A stretch of DNA of 64,000 nucleotides, taken from NCBI GenBank assembly GCA_013360745.1, contig JABWBA010000009.1, positions 94-64,093 of the forward strand, read 5' to 3'. Shown one piece after another: positions 1 to 9,292 of this stretch. The notes beneath the pieces are model-generated. The model made no database searches. It was not told the origin of the DNA and worked only from the letters and a program-made list of their open reading frames with translations. This DNA comes from Chthonomonadales bacterium. Lineage in GTDB: Bacteria > Armatimonadota > Chthonomonadetes > Chthonomonadales > CAJBBX01. The translations under genes were made by a program, and so were the position numbers. Numbering within the stretch: the stretch's first letter is position 1; each line of letters opens with the position of its first letter.

Positions 1-54
1 GCCCGGTGGCTGAGAGCTGAGACCCGAGAGGGCGCGGGAGGGATAGGGAGGTAT

Positions 55-963
55 ATGAGCGGTCAGCCTGAGAAGGAACCGGAAGGCAGTTTCGATCCCA
101 AGCTCGTGCAGCGGCTTCGGAGTAAGAAGGAAGCGGAGCGGAAGGCCGCGGAAGAGGAGCTTCGGCGGCTCGGTCCGGGTGCGGTCGACGAGCTGCTGAG
201 GCTGCTCGACAAGGAATCCGCCAACCGTCAGAGGCGGCGCAGGATGGGGTACGGGTTCCTCGTCCTGTGGCTGGTGTTTGTCGTCGGGATGGCCGCGCTG
301 GACGGAGGGAAGAACATCGGCTCCTTCACCGGTATGATCGGTTCGATGCTGGCCCTTTTCGCCGCAACACAGGCGCAGAAGGACGCCGCGAACGTACTGT
401 CCCGATACGACGACATCCGAATCGTCGGCGCCCTGGCGGAAGCGCTCTCCTACGACGACAAGGGGCTGACCAAAACGGCCTCCGATGCCCTCATCCGACT
501 TCTGCCAAAGCTCCGCGCCTCCGACCATGCGCTCCTGTCGTCCGATCAACGGAGGCATCTGGACAAAGCCCTCGCGCAAGGAAAGAACAGGGAGCTCGCC
601 ATGGCGATTCTGGATGCGTATGAGCAGGTCGGTGATCGGACCTCCGTATCGCTGCTGGAGAAGATCGCGGCTGGAGAGGTGCGCGCCGTTCGTAATCAGG
701 CGATCCGGGAGAGAGCCGCGGAAGTCCTGCCGGCGGTGCGAAGCTGCGCGGAGCTGGTCTCTGCAGCTCAGACGTTGCTTCGTCCCACTGTAAACGCCGA
801 TGAGGATGTCCTCGTCCGACCGGCGGGCGGCCCGACCGATTACGACGATGAAACCCTGCTGCGCCCCGTCGAGCAGCCTGATGGGGCCGACCGCATCGAT
901 GCCGCGACATCGAGGACTCCCGGGAATGGGAACGACGAGGCGGCTGCCACGCTTCGGGGGTAA
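55..963 (+). CDS. Membrane protein with two TM helices and a HEAT/ARM-like helical domain
   Basis: GGGAGG RBS before ATG; two hydrophobic segments (GFLVLWLVFVVGMAAL, FTGMIGSMLALFAA); HEAT-like motifs (RIVGALAEAL, ALIRLLPKL, AILDAYEQVGD); C-terminal LLRP-type motifs. Confidence 0.65.
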   Translation: MSGQPEKEPEGSFDPKLVQRLRSKKEAERKAAEEELRRLGPGAVDELLRLLDKESANRQRRRRMGYGFLVLWLVFVVGMAALDGGKNIGSFTGMIGSMLALFAATQAQKDAANVLSRYDDIRIVGALAEALSYDDKGLTKTASDALIRLLPKLRASDHALLSSDQRRHLDKALAQGKNRELAMAILDAYEQVGDRTSVSLLEKIAAGEVRAVRNQAIRERAAEVLPAVRSCAELVSAAQTLLRPTVNADEDVLVRPAGGPTDYDDETLLRPVEQPDGADRIDAATSRTPGNGNDEAAATLRG

Positions 964-1011
964 TCACACCATAATGGACATAACTGCCGAGCCAGAACCT
1001 CGCCGTCTGTC

Positions 1012-2160
1012 TTGTACGATCGTCAGGGAGAGAGAGCCGTGCTATTGGGAATCGTTGCCGCGTTAGGTCTTGCGTCCGTGGTCCACGGCTCGACGCCGCC
1101 CGGGCTGTATGTCACGAACGGCGTATTGATGCGCGCGGGCAAGCCGTACCGCGGCGTTGGGGTGAACTATTTCGATTGCTTCGCGCGCACCCTCAAGGAT
1201 CCGGCGAATCGCTCCTTCGATGCGGGGTTCGCGGACCTTGCCCGCCTGGGCATCCCGTTTGCCCGCTTCATGTGCGGCGGCTTCTGGCCGGTGGATATGG
1301 AGCTGTATCGGACCGACAGGGCGGACTATTTCCGCAGGCTGGACAGGGTCGTTCGATCCGCCGAGAAGCGGGGGATCGGGCTGATCCCGTCGCTATTCTG
1401 GAATCCGTGCACGATCCCCGACCTCGTGGGCGAGCCGGTGGGATCGTGGGGCGACCCCTCGAGCAAAACCCACGCATTCATGCGCACCTACGTCAGGGAG
1501 GTTGTCACCCGATACCGGCGCTCCCGGGCGATCTGGGGCTGGGAGTTCGGCAACGAATACAACCTCGGCGCTGACTTGCCGAACGCCCGCGAACATCGTC
1601 CGCCCGTCTGGCCGAACCTGGGCACCGCAACCTCGAGATCCGAGAAGGATGAGTTGAGCCATACGGCGATGCGAACGGCCATCCGGGGGTTCGCCCGCGA
1701 GGTCCGAAGGCACGATCCTTCGCGGATCATCGTCTCGGGCAACAGCATTCCCCGGTTGTCCGCGTGGCATCAGATGACGGAACTAAGCTGGACTCGCGAT
1801 ACCCCGGAGCAGTTTCAGGAGATGCTCATCGGCGACAGCCCCGATCCTGTGGACACTCTGAGCATCCACATGTACGAGCCGGAGGACATCGCCCGGTTGA
1901 GCAGCTGCATGCAGGCCGCTCGGAAGTCGGGTAAGCCGCTGTTCGTCGGCGAGTTCGGCGGGCATGGCGCCCGATCGCCCGAGGCGTTGGAGCGGATGAT
2001 CCAGGCGCTCGAGACCAGCGGGGCGCCCCTCTCGGCGCTATGGGTCTTCGATTTCGCAGGTCAGGACGATACCTGGAATGTCACCCGCACGAACAGCCGG
2101 TCCTATCAGCTCGACGCGGTCGCTGAGTTCCAGCGTCGCCTCCGATCAAGCCGTCCTTGA
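1012..2160 (+). CDS. Glycoside hydrolase family 5-like enzyme (clan GH-A); start may be GTG 1039
   Basis: GVNY, WEFGNE (acid/base Glu), SIHMY and PLFVGEFGG (nucleophile Glu) motifs; N-terminal hydrophobic signal-like segment. Confidence 0.8.
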   Translation: MYDRQGERAVLLGIVAALGLASVVHGSTPPGLYVTNGVLMRAGKPYRGVGVNYFDCFARTLKDPANRSFDAGFADLARLGIPFARFMCGGFWPVDMELYRTDRADYFRRLDRVVRSAEKRGIGLIPSLFWNPCTIPDLVGEPVGSWGDPSSKTHAFMRTYVREVVTRYRRSRAIWGWEFGNEYNLGADLPNAREHRPPVWPNLGTATSRSEKDELSHTAMRTAIRGFAREVRRHDPSRIIVSGNSIPRLSAWHQMTELSWTRDTPEQFQEMLIGDSPDPVDTLSIHMYEPEDIARLSSCMQAARKSGKPLFVGEFGGHGARSPEALERMIQALETSGAPLSALWVFDFAGQDDTWNVTRTNSRSYQLDAVAEFQRRLRSSRP

Positions 2161-2175
2161 ACCGCTCGGGATCGA

Positions 2176-3072
2176 TCAGGATTCCGTACCGGCGATGCCA
2201 GCGAGCGCTTCGTACACGCTGATGAGGGCCTGGGTCCCCTCGTCGCCCCGATCGCCCGCCTCGAGGGCGGCGTAGAGCTGATGCGCAAGGGCGGCTCCCG
2301 GGAGGGGCGCCGAGAGCTCCGATCCGGCCTGCATCACCAATCGGAGGTCCTTCTGCAGCAGCTTGACCATGAAGCCCGGCGCGAAATCGTGTTCGGCCAT
2401 ACGCGGCCCGAGCACGTTGATCGCCCAGCTTCCTGCGGCCCCTCCTCCAATGGCCTTGATCAGAGCGGCGGGGTCGAGACCCGCCTTCGTACCGAGTACG
2501 ATCGCTTCGGCGGCCGCGATCATGTGGACGGCGACGGCGACTTGATTGCAGAGCTTGGTCATCTGACCCTGCCCATTGGGCCCGCAATGGACGATCGTCC
2601 GACCCATCGCCTCGAGCACGGGGCGGGCCCGTTCGAGTACGGCGGCGTCTCCGCCCACCATGATCGACAGGGTTCCATCGACGGCCCCCTGGACCCCGCC
2701 GGAGACCGGCGCGTCGAGCATGGCCATTCCAAGTTCGAGAAGTTCCTGCGCCATCGCCCGTGTCGCACTCGCTGAGATCGTGCTCATGTCGATAAAGATC
2801 GTGTTCGGTTGGGCGCCCCCGGCGGCTCCGCTCGGTCCGAATAGAACCTGCTGGACATCCGGCGTATCGGAGACGATCGTGATGACAACTCCGGCCGAAG
2901 CGGCGCAAGCGGCCGGTGTATCGGCCCATGCGGCCCCAGCGTCCAGGAGGGGTTGCGCCCGGGCACGGGTCCGCGTATGGACCGTCACCCGGAATCCCGC
3001 GCGCAGCAGGTTGGCTGCCATGGGCGCTCCCATCAAGCCTGCGCCAATGAACCCGATTTCTGAGATGATCAT
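2176..3072 (-). CDS. NAD(P)-dependent beta-hydroxyacid dehydrogenase (3-hydroxyisobutyrate dehydrogenase / tartronate semialdehyde reductase family)
   Basis: IGFIGAGLMGAPMA Rossmann motif, DAPVSGG, TLSIMVGG, KLCNQ, KDL. Confidence 0.92.
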   Translation of the reverse strand: MIISEIGFIGAGLMGAPMAANLLRAGFRVTVHTRTRARAQPLLDAGAAWADTPAACAASAGVVITIVSDTPDVQQVLFGPSGAAGGAQPNTIFIDMSTISASATRAMAQELLELGMAMLDAPVSGGVQGAVDGTLSIMVGGDAAVLERARPVLEAMGRTIVHCGPNGQGQMTKLCNQVAVAVHMIAAAEAIVLGTKAGLDPAALIKAIGGGAAGSWAINVLGPRMAEHDFAPGFMVKLLQKDLRLVMQAGSELSAPLPGAALAHQLYAALEAGDRGDEGTQALISVYEALAGIAGTES

Positions 3073-3204
3073 CCGATCCTCCGTAGGAACATGCAGCAGG
3101 GGCGTCGAACCGTGTTGCGCCCCGTTGCCCGTTCATGGGTTCGCCGGCCGCTGGGCCGGTTCCTTGCGATCCGAACGGCATAACGGGGGCTGACGAGGGG
3201 AACC

Positions 3205-3519
3205 ATGGCGATCAGTGAGATTCACGCAGGCATCTGCGGTTTCAATACAACAGTACAGGCAACGATGGAGGACGACGAGTGCGTCCTCACGATCACATCC
3301 GAATGTCCCGATATCCAGCGGCTGGCCGGTGCGCTGGACCGGGTGGATCCGCTTCAGGAAATCTCTGCGCGGCGCGGCCCGACGAAGATCATGGAAGTGT
3401 CCCGGGTCCATTGCCGCCATGCGGCGTGTCCCGTGCCATGCGGGATCGTCAAAGCCATGGAGGTGGCCGCCGGCCTCGCCCTGCCGGCCGATGCGACCAT
3501 CAAGGTGCGCCGCGAATAA
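3205..3519 (+). CDS. Conserved small Cys-containing hypothetical protein (DUF6951-like)
   Basis: GAGGGG RBS; GICGF.T.V ... SECP ... HAACPVPCGIVKAMEVAAGLALP pattern typical of a conserved hypothetical family of anaerobes. Confidence 0.7.
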   Translation: MAISEIHAGICGFNTTVQATMEDDECVLTITSECPDIQRLAGALDRVDPLQEISARRGPTKIMEVSRVHCRHAACPVPCGIVKAMEVAAGLALPADATIKVRRE

Positions 3520-3528
3520 GGGGCGAGG

Positions 3529-4230
3529 CTATCGCGTGCCTGACAGAGCTTTGGCCAGCCGCTCGGCGTCGGCCTTAACCCAGATCGGCTCGATGGTCAG
3601 CGACGCCGTGTCCATATGGCTCATTCGGGGGCACGTCAGGATGGCGCCGTCGAGGATGAACGCCAGACGCTCTTCGTCGTGCGTTCGCGAAAACTGCCAG
3701 TAGCGGGAGCGACCCTCGTCCGTCAGCTGCACGTGGACGCGATAGTATGTCGTATCGCGAAACGGCTCGTACGCGCTGTCCATCGTGGCGCCGCTGAAAT
3801 GGCGGCCCGTCAGCACGATCGGGCATGTCGCCACGAGCTCCGGCACTTCGACGAGCTTGCCGCTCGTGGCGCGGTTGGCAACCGAGCTGGATGGTTGATA
3901 GCTGGCACGCTCCTCGGCATCCCATTCGTCGGCGTCTTCTTCATCGACGGCGTCGTCGGGCCTGCGGACCTGCCAGGCATGGTTGGCCTCAATGGCGACG
4001 TACTTGCGCGGGCGGCCAGGGGCGTCTCGATCCAGCAGACCGATGACCGTAAGGCCCGAGGGGCTCGGTTTCAGCGCTGGCCAGCGGATCTGCTGCATTC
4101 GATAGACCTTGACCGTCGTGTAGCCGTACCAGACGGCCGCAAGGGCAAGGAACCCTAGAATGAGTCGTACGGTACCCTTCTCACGGATCAATCGGAAACC
4201 TCCCGGCTTCCGGGGTGCATCCTCAGTCAT
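3529..4230 (-). CDS. Single-TM protein with a stand-alone SecD/SecF P1-head-like domain
   Basis: ATG at 4230 with GGAGGGG RBS; TM helix LILGFLALAAVWYGY; C-terminal VHVQLTDEG..LAFILDGAILTCP..ADAERLAKAL resembles the SecD P1 head. Confidence 0.6.
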   Translation of the reverse strand: MTEDAPRKPGGFRLIREKGTVRLILGFLALAAVWYGYTTVKVYRMQQIRWPALKPSPSGLTVIGLLDRDAPGRPRKYVAIEANHAWQVRRPDDAVDEEDADEWDAEERASYQPSSSVANRATSGKLVEVPELVATCPIVLTGRHFSGATMDSAYEPFRDTTYYRVHVQLTDEGRSRYWQFSRTHDEERLAFILDGAILTCPRMSHMDTASLTIEPIWVKADAERLAKALSGTR

Positions 4231-4409
4231 GCGAATATCGCCCCTCCATGGCGGCCGTGTCTGGCCGGCAGCTGATCGTAGTACGAGTCGATCTACCCGG
4301 GTTGTGCCGAACGCTGATCCGCTCCGCGGGGCCACGCGTACGGAATGGAGTATACTTACATCAGTAGGTCCGAAGGGACAATCTGCTGTGAAAAGGGGTG
4401 ATCCATAGC

Positions 4410-4619
4410 TTGGTACAGGTGTACCTGAAGCCCGGTGAGGGCATCGACATCGCTTTGAAGCGCTTCAAGAAGACCGTGATGAACAGTGGTATTACCAAGG
4501 AAGCTCGGATGCATGAACGCTACGAGAAGCCGTCCGACCGACGTCGGCGCGAACTCAAGGCCAGCATCCGCAAGATCCAGCGCGCACGCGCCAAAGCGGC
4601 GGCCCGGGATCGCGGCTAA
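4410..4619 (+). CDS. rpsU: 30S ribosomal protein S21
   Basis: GEGIDIALKRFKK...ERYEKPS..RR motif; TTG start at 4410 after AAGGGGTG RBS; TATACT -10-like box at 4351. Confidence 0.93.
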   Translation: MVQVYLKPGEGIDIALKRFKKTVMNSGITKEARMHERYEKPSDRRRRELKASIRKIQRARAKAAARDRG

Positions 4620-4677
4620 GGTCCAGACGCCCGATCGCGATTGCTCCGGCGGCGTCTCTCGCCGCCAACCGTAAGGG

Positions 4678-4708
4678 ACCGAGGACGGCTTCACCGCCGT
4701 CCTCCGGT
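4678..4708. terminator. GC-rich hairpin between convergent rpsU and tRNA-Leu
   Basis: GAGGACGGC (4681-4689) pairs with GCCGTCCTC (4696-4704), 6-nt loop; no strong U-tract. Confidence 0.55.
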
Positions 4709-4717
4709 TCTTGGGGA

Positions 4718-4800
4718 TGCCGGAGAAGGGAGTCGAACCCCCACGCGGTTGCCCGCGGGTGATTTTGAGTCACCTGTGTCTGCCATTCCACCACTCCGGC
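4718..4800 (-). tRNA. tRNA-Leu (anticodon CAA), CCA end not encoded
   Basis: Reverse complement GCCGGAGTGGTGGAATGGCAGACACAGGTGACTCAAAATCACC..GGGGGTTCGACTCCCTTCTCCGGCA: acceptor stem, D-loop GG, CT-CAA-AA anticodon loop, long variable arm, TTCGA T-loop. Confidence 0.96.
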
Positions 4801-4813
4801 CAAACCATCGTGG

Positions 4814-4842
4814 ATTATACGGATGCGGCGCAGCCGAGTCAA
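4814..4842 (-). promoter_or_regulatory. sigma70-type promoter of tRNA-Leu
   Basis: TTGACT (4842-4837), 17-bp spacer, TATAAT (4819-4814) on the minus strand, 13 nt upstream of the tRNA 5' end. Confidence 0.8.
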
Positions 4843-4898
4843 CGCCCCGCCGATCCGTCGGGAAGGAAAACGGGCATCCCTCGACGAAATAACCGCTC

Positions 4899-7691
4899 AT
4901 GTCGCCCAGCGAATCCACACCCACCCTCATCATCGTCGATGGATACAGCTTTCTCTTTCGTGCTCATCACGCCCTGTCGCGAGTCGAGACGCTGTCGCAG
5001 GACGGCCAGCCGACCGGGGCGCTCTACGGTCTTGCCAGCATGCTTCTCCGGGTCTTGCACGAACGGCCCGATGCCGCCTATATCGCCTGGGATGCGCCCG
5101 GCCCGACGTTTCGCCATGAGATTTTCACCGAATACAAGGCTCACCGACCACAAGTAGACCCGGATCTGGTATCGCAGTTCGAGCTGGCCCGGGAGATGGC
5201 CCGTACGCTTGGAATGGCTGCCGTAGAGCAACCGGGGCAGGAGGCCGACGACGTCATCGGCGCGCTGGCGCGGATCGGGCGCGAACAGAGCTACGAAGTC
5301 ATCATCTATACCGGTGATTCGGATTTGATGCAGCTGGTGCGCCCTGGCGTGACCGTCCGGATGATCTCTCGAGGCGTCAGCGATGTGCTCGACTACGATG
5401 CCGAGGCCGTGTTGGCGAAGTACGGGGTTCGGCCTGATCAGATTCCGGAACTCAAGGCCTTCGTCGGAGACGCGTCGGACAACATCCCCGGCGTGCCCGG
5501 AATCGGCAAGGTAACGGCGGCGCGCCTCCTGGGCTTGTGGGAAAGCCTCGACGGCGTCTATGCGCATGTTGAGGATCTGCCCGAGCGGACCGCCACCGAC
5601 CGGAAGGTGAAAAGCGCACTGCAGGAGTTCGAGGATCAGGCCCGGCTTTCGTTACGCCTGGCTCAGATCCGATGCGACGCCCCTGTAGAGGATTCGGTCC
5701 GCCGCTATCGCCCCACAGCCGAAACCTGGGATGCGGCGCGCGCCCTATTCGGCAGGCTCGGGTTCCGGAGTCTGATGAACCACCTGCCGGCGAACGACCC
5801 GGCGAACGACCCGGCCAACCGGCCTTCCGTACCTGAGCCCGCACGGGAATACGGGCAGGCCCCAGCTGTCGTCGCGAAGCCGTCGGCCCCATCTGCTGAA
5901 GATCGCTCCCTTGCATGGACGATCCTCGCCACGCGCGATGAGCTGGACCAGGCCCTGCAGGAAGTCCGGAGCGCAGGGTATGCAGCTATTCGGCTCCATC
6001 TGGGTTCCGGCTCTGCCCTTGACGCCCGGTGGCTCGGACTCGCCTTCGCCGCCGATCCGTCGCGAGCCTGGTATGCCAGAGTTCGAGCCCGACACGAACA
6101 AGGCAGCCTGCTCGACGCGGCCGAGCCCGCCGGCTGGGCTGCCGAACCGGAGGACCTGACGGGGCTCCTGTGCGGCGACGATGTCCGGCGTATTGGCTAT
6201 GCGATCAAGCCGGAGTGGATCGCCATGCACCGGGCCGGCTTGCGCCCGGGCTCCTACGAGTTCGATATCGCGCTCGCAGCCTATCTGCTGCAGCCCGGGA
6301 GCGCCGACTACGGCCTTCCGGCCCTGATGGAGCGGTACCTTGGCCGTGCTACGGCCCCGGCGGACGACGCTGTTGAACGGTTGTGTCACGAAGCGGCCGC
6401 CGTCGCCGCACTGCGCGAGGCGCTCTCGGCTCGCTGCGAAGCGGACGGCGTGGCTCCTGTCCTGCGACAGATCGAGATGCCCCTTGTCCCGGTTCTCGCC
6501 GAAATGCAGATGCTCGGGGTTCGCGTGGATAAGGCATGGCTGGCGACTCTATCGGCCACCCTTGCGGCGCGCATGGACGAGGTGGCCGAAGCGATCTACA
6601 CCCTCGCAGGTGAGCGCTTTACGATCGCATCGCCCCAGCAGCTTCAGCGGGTGCTGTTCGACAAGATGCAGCTGCCAGCGGGCCGCAAGACGAAAACGGG
6701 CCGGACAACCTCGGCGGATCATCTGGAGACCCTGGCCGCCGAGCATCCCATCGCCGGTTTGATCCTGGAGTACCGCGAAGCGTCGAAGCTGAAGAGCACC
6801 TACGCCGATTCCTTGCCGCGACTCGTGCGGTCGGATACGGGACGCGTGCATACGACTCTGTCGCAGACCGTGACCGCAACGGGGCGTCTGGCCTCCTCCG
6901 ATCCCAACCTGCAGAATATCCCGGTACGATCGGAAAGCGGCCGTCAGATCCGCCGCGCCTTCATTGCGCCGCCCGGCTCGGTTCTCTTGTCCTGTGACTA
7001 TTCCCAGATCGAACTCAGGGTGTTTGCCCATGTCACCGGCGATGCGGAGATGGTCCGCGCATTCAACGCCGACGAGGACATCCACACTGCCACCGCGATG
7101 CACGTGTTCGGTGTGGACGCGGACGCAGTGACGAGCGAAATGCGGCGGAGAGCCAAGACGGTCAACTTCGCGGTCATCTACGGGCAGAGCGCGTTCGGGC
7201 TCTCCCAGACTCTGGGCATCCCGATGGATGAGGCCCGTGGGTTCATCGCCGGCTATTTTCGGAAGTTCCCCGGGGTTGAGGCCTGGACGAAGGCCGTGAT
7301 CGAAGAGGCCAGGACTCGTGGGTACGTCGAAACCCTGCTGGGGCGCCGTCGATATCTCCCGGATCTCCGGTCGTCCAACCGCAGCGTTCGCGAGGGGGCC
7401 GAGCGCGCAGCGGTCAATATGCCAATCCAGGGTACGGCAGCCGATATCATGAAACTGGCCATGCTCGCAGTCCAGAAGGACATCCATGAGCGCCGACGGC
7501 CCTGGGTCCTGGCGCTGCAAGTTCATGATGAACTCCTGCTCGAAGTCGCGGATGGGCATCTCTCCGACGCTGTCAGCCAGGTGACCTCCCGGATGAGCGG
7601 CGCGTATCGCCTCAAGATTCCGCTGAACGTCGATGCCAAAGCAGGGAACAACTGGGCCGACCTCGAACGGGTATATCCGGTCGAACGTTGA
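4899..7691 (+). CDS. polA: DNA polymerase I
   Basis: 5'-3' exonuclease (IVDGYSFLFRAHHA, EADDVIG, GDASDNIPGVPGIG); polymerase motifs TGRLASSDPNLQNIP, DYSQIELR, RRRAKTVNFAVIYG, QVHDEL. Confidence 0.98.
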   Translation: MSPSESTPTLIIVDGYSFLFRAHHALSRVETLSQDGQPTGALYGLASMLLRVLHERPDAAYIAWDAPGPTFRHEIFTEYKAHRPQVDPDLVSQFELAREMARTLGMAAVEQPGQEADDVIGALARIGREQSYEVIIYTGDSDLMQLVRPGVTVRMISRGVSDVLDYDAEAVLAKYGVRPDQIPELKAFVGDASDNIPGVPGIGKVTAARLLGLWESLDGVYAHVEDLPERTATDRKVKSALQEFEDQARLSLRLAQIRCDAPVEDSVRRYRPTAETWDAARALFGRLGFRSLMNHLPANDPANDPANRPSVPEPAREYGQAPAVVAKPSAPSAEDRSLAWTILATRDELDQALQEVRSAGYAAIRLHLGSGSALDARWLGLAFAADPSRAWYARVRARHEQGSLLDAAEPAGWAAEPEDLTGLLCGDDVRRIGYAIKPEWIAMHRAGLRPGSYEFDIALAAYLLQPGSADYGLPALMERYLGRATAPADDAVERLCHEAAAVAALREALSARCEADGVAPVLRQIEMPLVPVLAEMQMLGVRVDKAWLATLSATLAARMDEVAEAIYTLAGERFTIASPQQLQRVLFDKMQLPAGRKTKTGRTTSADHLETLAAEHPIAGLILEYREASKLKSTYADSLPRLVRSDTGRVHTTLSQTVTATGRLASSDPNLQNIPVRSESGRQIRRAFIAPPGSVLLSCDYSQIELRVFAHVTGDAEMVRAFNADEDIHTATAMHVFGVDADAVTSEMRRRAKTVNFAVIYGQSAFGLSQTLGIPMDEARGFIAGYFRKFPGVEAWTKAVIEEARTRGYVETLLGRRRYLPDLRSSNRSVREGAERAAVNMPIQGTAADIMKLAMLAVQKDIHERRRPWVLALQVHDELLLEVADGHLSDAVSQVTSRMSGAYRLKIPLNVDAKAGNNWADLERVYPVER

Positions 7692-7846
7692 TTTTTGCCG
7701 AAGATGCGCTAAGCTATATGGCTATCGAGCGATGCCGGTGCGCGGATTTCTCCCGCTCGCGGGTCTACACCGTTGCGGGATAACCGCCATGACTGACGAT
7801 GGGTGCGCCGTTACCACAGGCTCACCGCAAGAGGAGATTGGGTCTC

Positions 7847-9292
7847 ATGTCCGAGGATAACCTGAGCCAGAGCAACGAGGAAACAACCGAACCGTCCGGC
7901 GCACCGGAACCGGTGACCGAGCCTGCGGTGGGCGACGGGCCAAGCGTCGGGGCTGTCGGAGACGCGCCGGAGCCAGCTGTATCGGTGAACACCGCCGAAG
8001 ACGATGCGCCATCCGCCGCAGAAACGGTCGAGGAGAGCGCACCATCCGTATCCGTAACGGTGTCCGCCGCAGCCGATGAGGCCGGCTCTGGTGAAGAGCG
8101 GCTCGCACAGCCGGAACCCACGCCGAGTGAGGCCGCCGCGGATTACGATCGGAGTTTCCCGCAGCTCGAAAAGGGCGAAGTCATCAAGGGCACCGTAGTC
8201 CACATCGATCGCGAAGGGGTCCTCGTCGATGTCGGAGCAAAATCCGAAGGCATCATCCATCCCGATGAACTCTCACGCGATGTCGCGGCTGAGGCTGAGA
8301 GCGTGGTCAGTGTCGGTGAGAAGATCGATGTGCTCGTGCTGGAGGCGGAGAGCGCCGACGGCAGCCTGATCCTGAGCAAGAAGCGGGCCGATTTCGAGAA
8401 GGCATGGGATCGGGTCATCGAAGCCAAGGAAACTGGCAAGACGATCACCGCGATGGTGACCGAGCGCGTCAAAGGCGGCCTCGTCGTCGATCTGGGCATT
8501 CGTGGGTTCGTGCCGGCTTCGCACGTCGGCTCGGGCTCGCTCAAGACCAATCTCGATAAGTACGTCGGTGATACGCTTGACCTGAAGGTGATCGAAGTCG
8601 ATCGGGAACGGCGGAAGGTCGTCCTCTCCAATCGGGATGCCGATCACGCCCAAAGACAGAGCCGGCGACAGACGACCATTGCCAGCCTCGCGGTGGGCAA
8701 GACGCTGACCGGGACTGTCCGTCGCCTGACAACGTATGGGGCTTTTGTGGATCTCGGCGGGATCGACGGGCTGCTCCATATCTCCGAGATGTCCTGGACC
8801 CGCATCAACGATCCGTCCGACGTCTTGAAGGAAGGCGAGCAGATCGAAGTCCAGATACTCAAGCTCGATCTGGAGAACGGGCGGATCAGTCTCGGCCGCC
8901 GCCAAATCCTCCCCGATCCGTGGAGCGAGATCGAGACCACCTATACGATCGGCGAACTCATCCAGGGAACCGTCGCACGGATCGTCCCGTTCGGAGTGTT
9001 TGTGCAGGTGAAGAGCGGGATCGAGGGGATTATCCCGAACTCCGAGCTCAGCTACCGCCGCGGCGTCAAGGCGTCCGATCTTGTTCATCCGGGCGCTGAG
9101 GTGGAAGTGAAGGTAATCGATGTCCGACCGGACGAGCGCAAGCTCACCCTCTCGCTCAAGCAGGCGCGGCAGGACGAGGAGATCCGGCGGGAGCGGAAGG
9201 CCGTCGACGACTATCAGGGACGAGCGGATCGTGAGAGCCCCCGCTATACGATCGGCGATGCGGTCCGTCGTCAAGATGATAACGACGACTGA
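7847..9292 (+). CDS. rpsA: 30S ribosomal protein S1 (four S1 domains, acidic N-terminal extension)
   Basis: GAGGAG RBS before ATG 7847; VDVGAKSEGII, GIRGFVPASH, YGAFVDLGGIDGLLHISEMSW, FGVFV repeats. Confidence 0.95.
   Translation: MSEDNLSQSNEETTEPSGAPEPVTEPAVGDGPSVGAVGDAPEPAVSVNTAEDDAPSAAETVEESAPSVSVTVSAAADEAGSGEERLAQPEPTPSEAAADYDRSFPQLEKGEVIKGTVVHIDREGVLVDVGAKSEGIIHPDELSRDVAAEAESVVSVGEKIDVLVLEAESADGSLILSKKRADFEKAWDRVIEAKETGKTITAMVTERVKGGLVVDLGIRGFVPASHVGSGSLKTNLDKYVGDTLDLKVIEVDRERRKVVLSNRDADHAQRQSRRQTTIASLAVGKTLTGTVRRLTTYGAFVDLGGIDGLLHISEMSWTRINDPSDVLKEGEQIEVQILKLDLENGRISLGRRQILPDPWSEIETTYTIGELIQGTVARIVPFGVFVQVKSGIEGIIPNSELSYRRGVKASDLVHPGAEVEVKVIDVRPDERKLTLSLKQARQDEEIRRERKAVDDYQGRADRESPRYTIGDAVRRQDDNDD

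Noticed and set aside
4620-4900. Integrative element or prophage at tRNA-Leu
   Set aside because: Flanked by rpsU and polA; no integrase or duplicated tRNA 3' end was seen.
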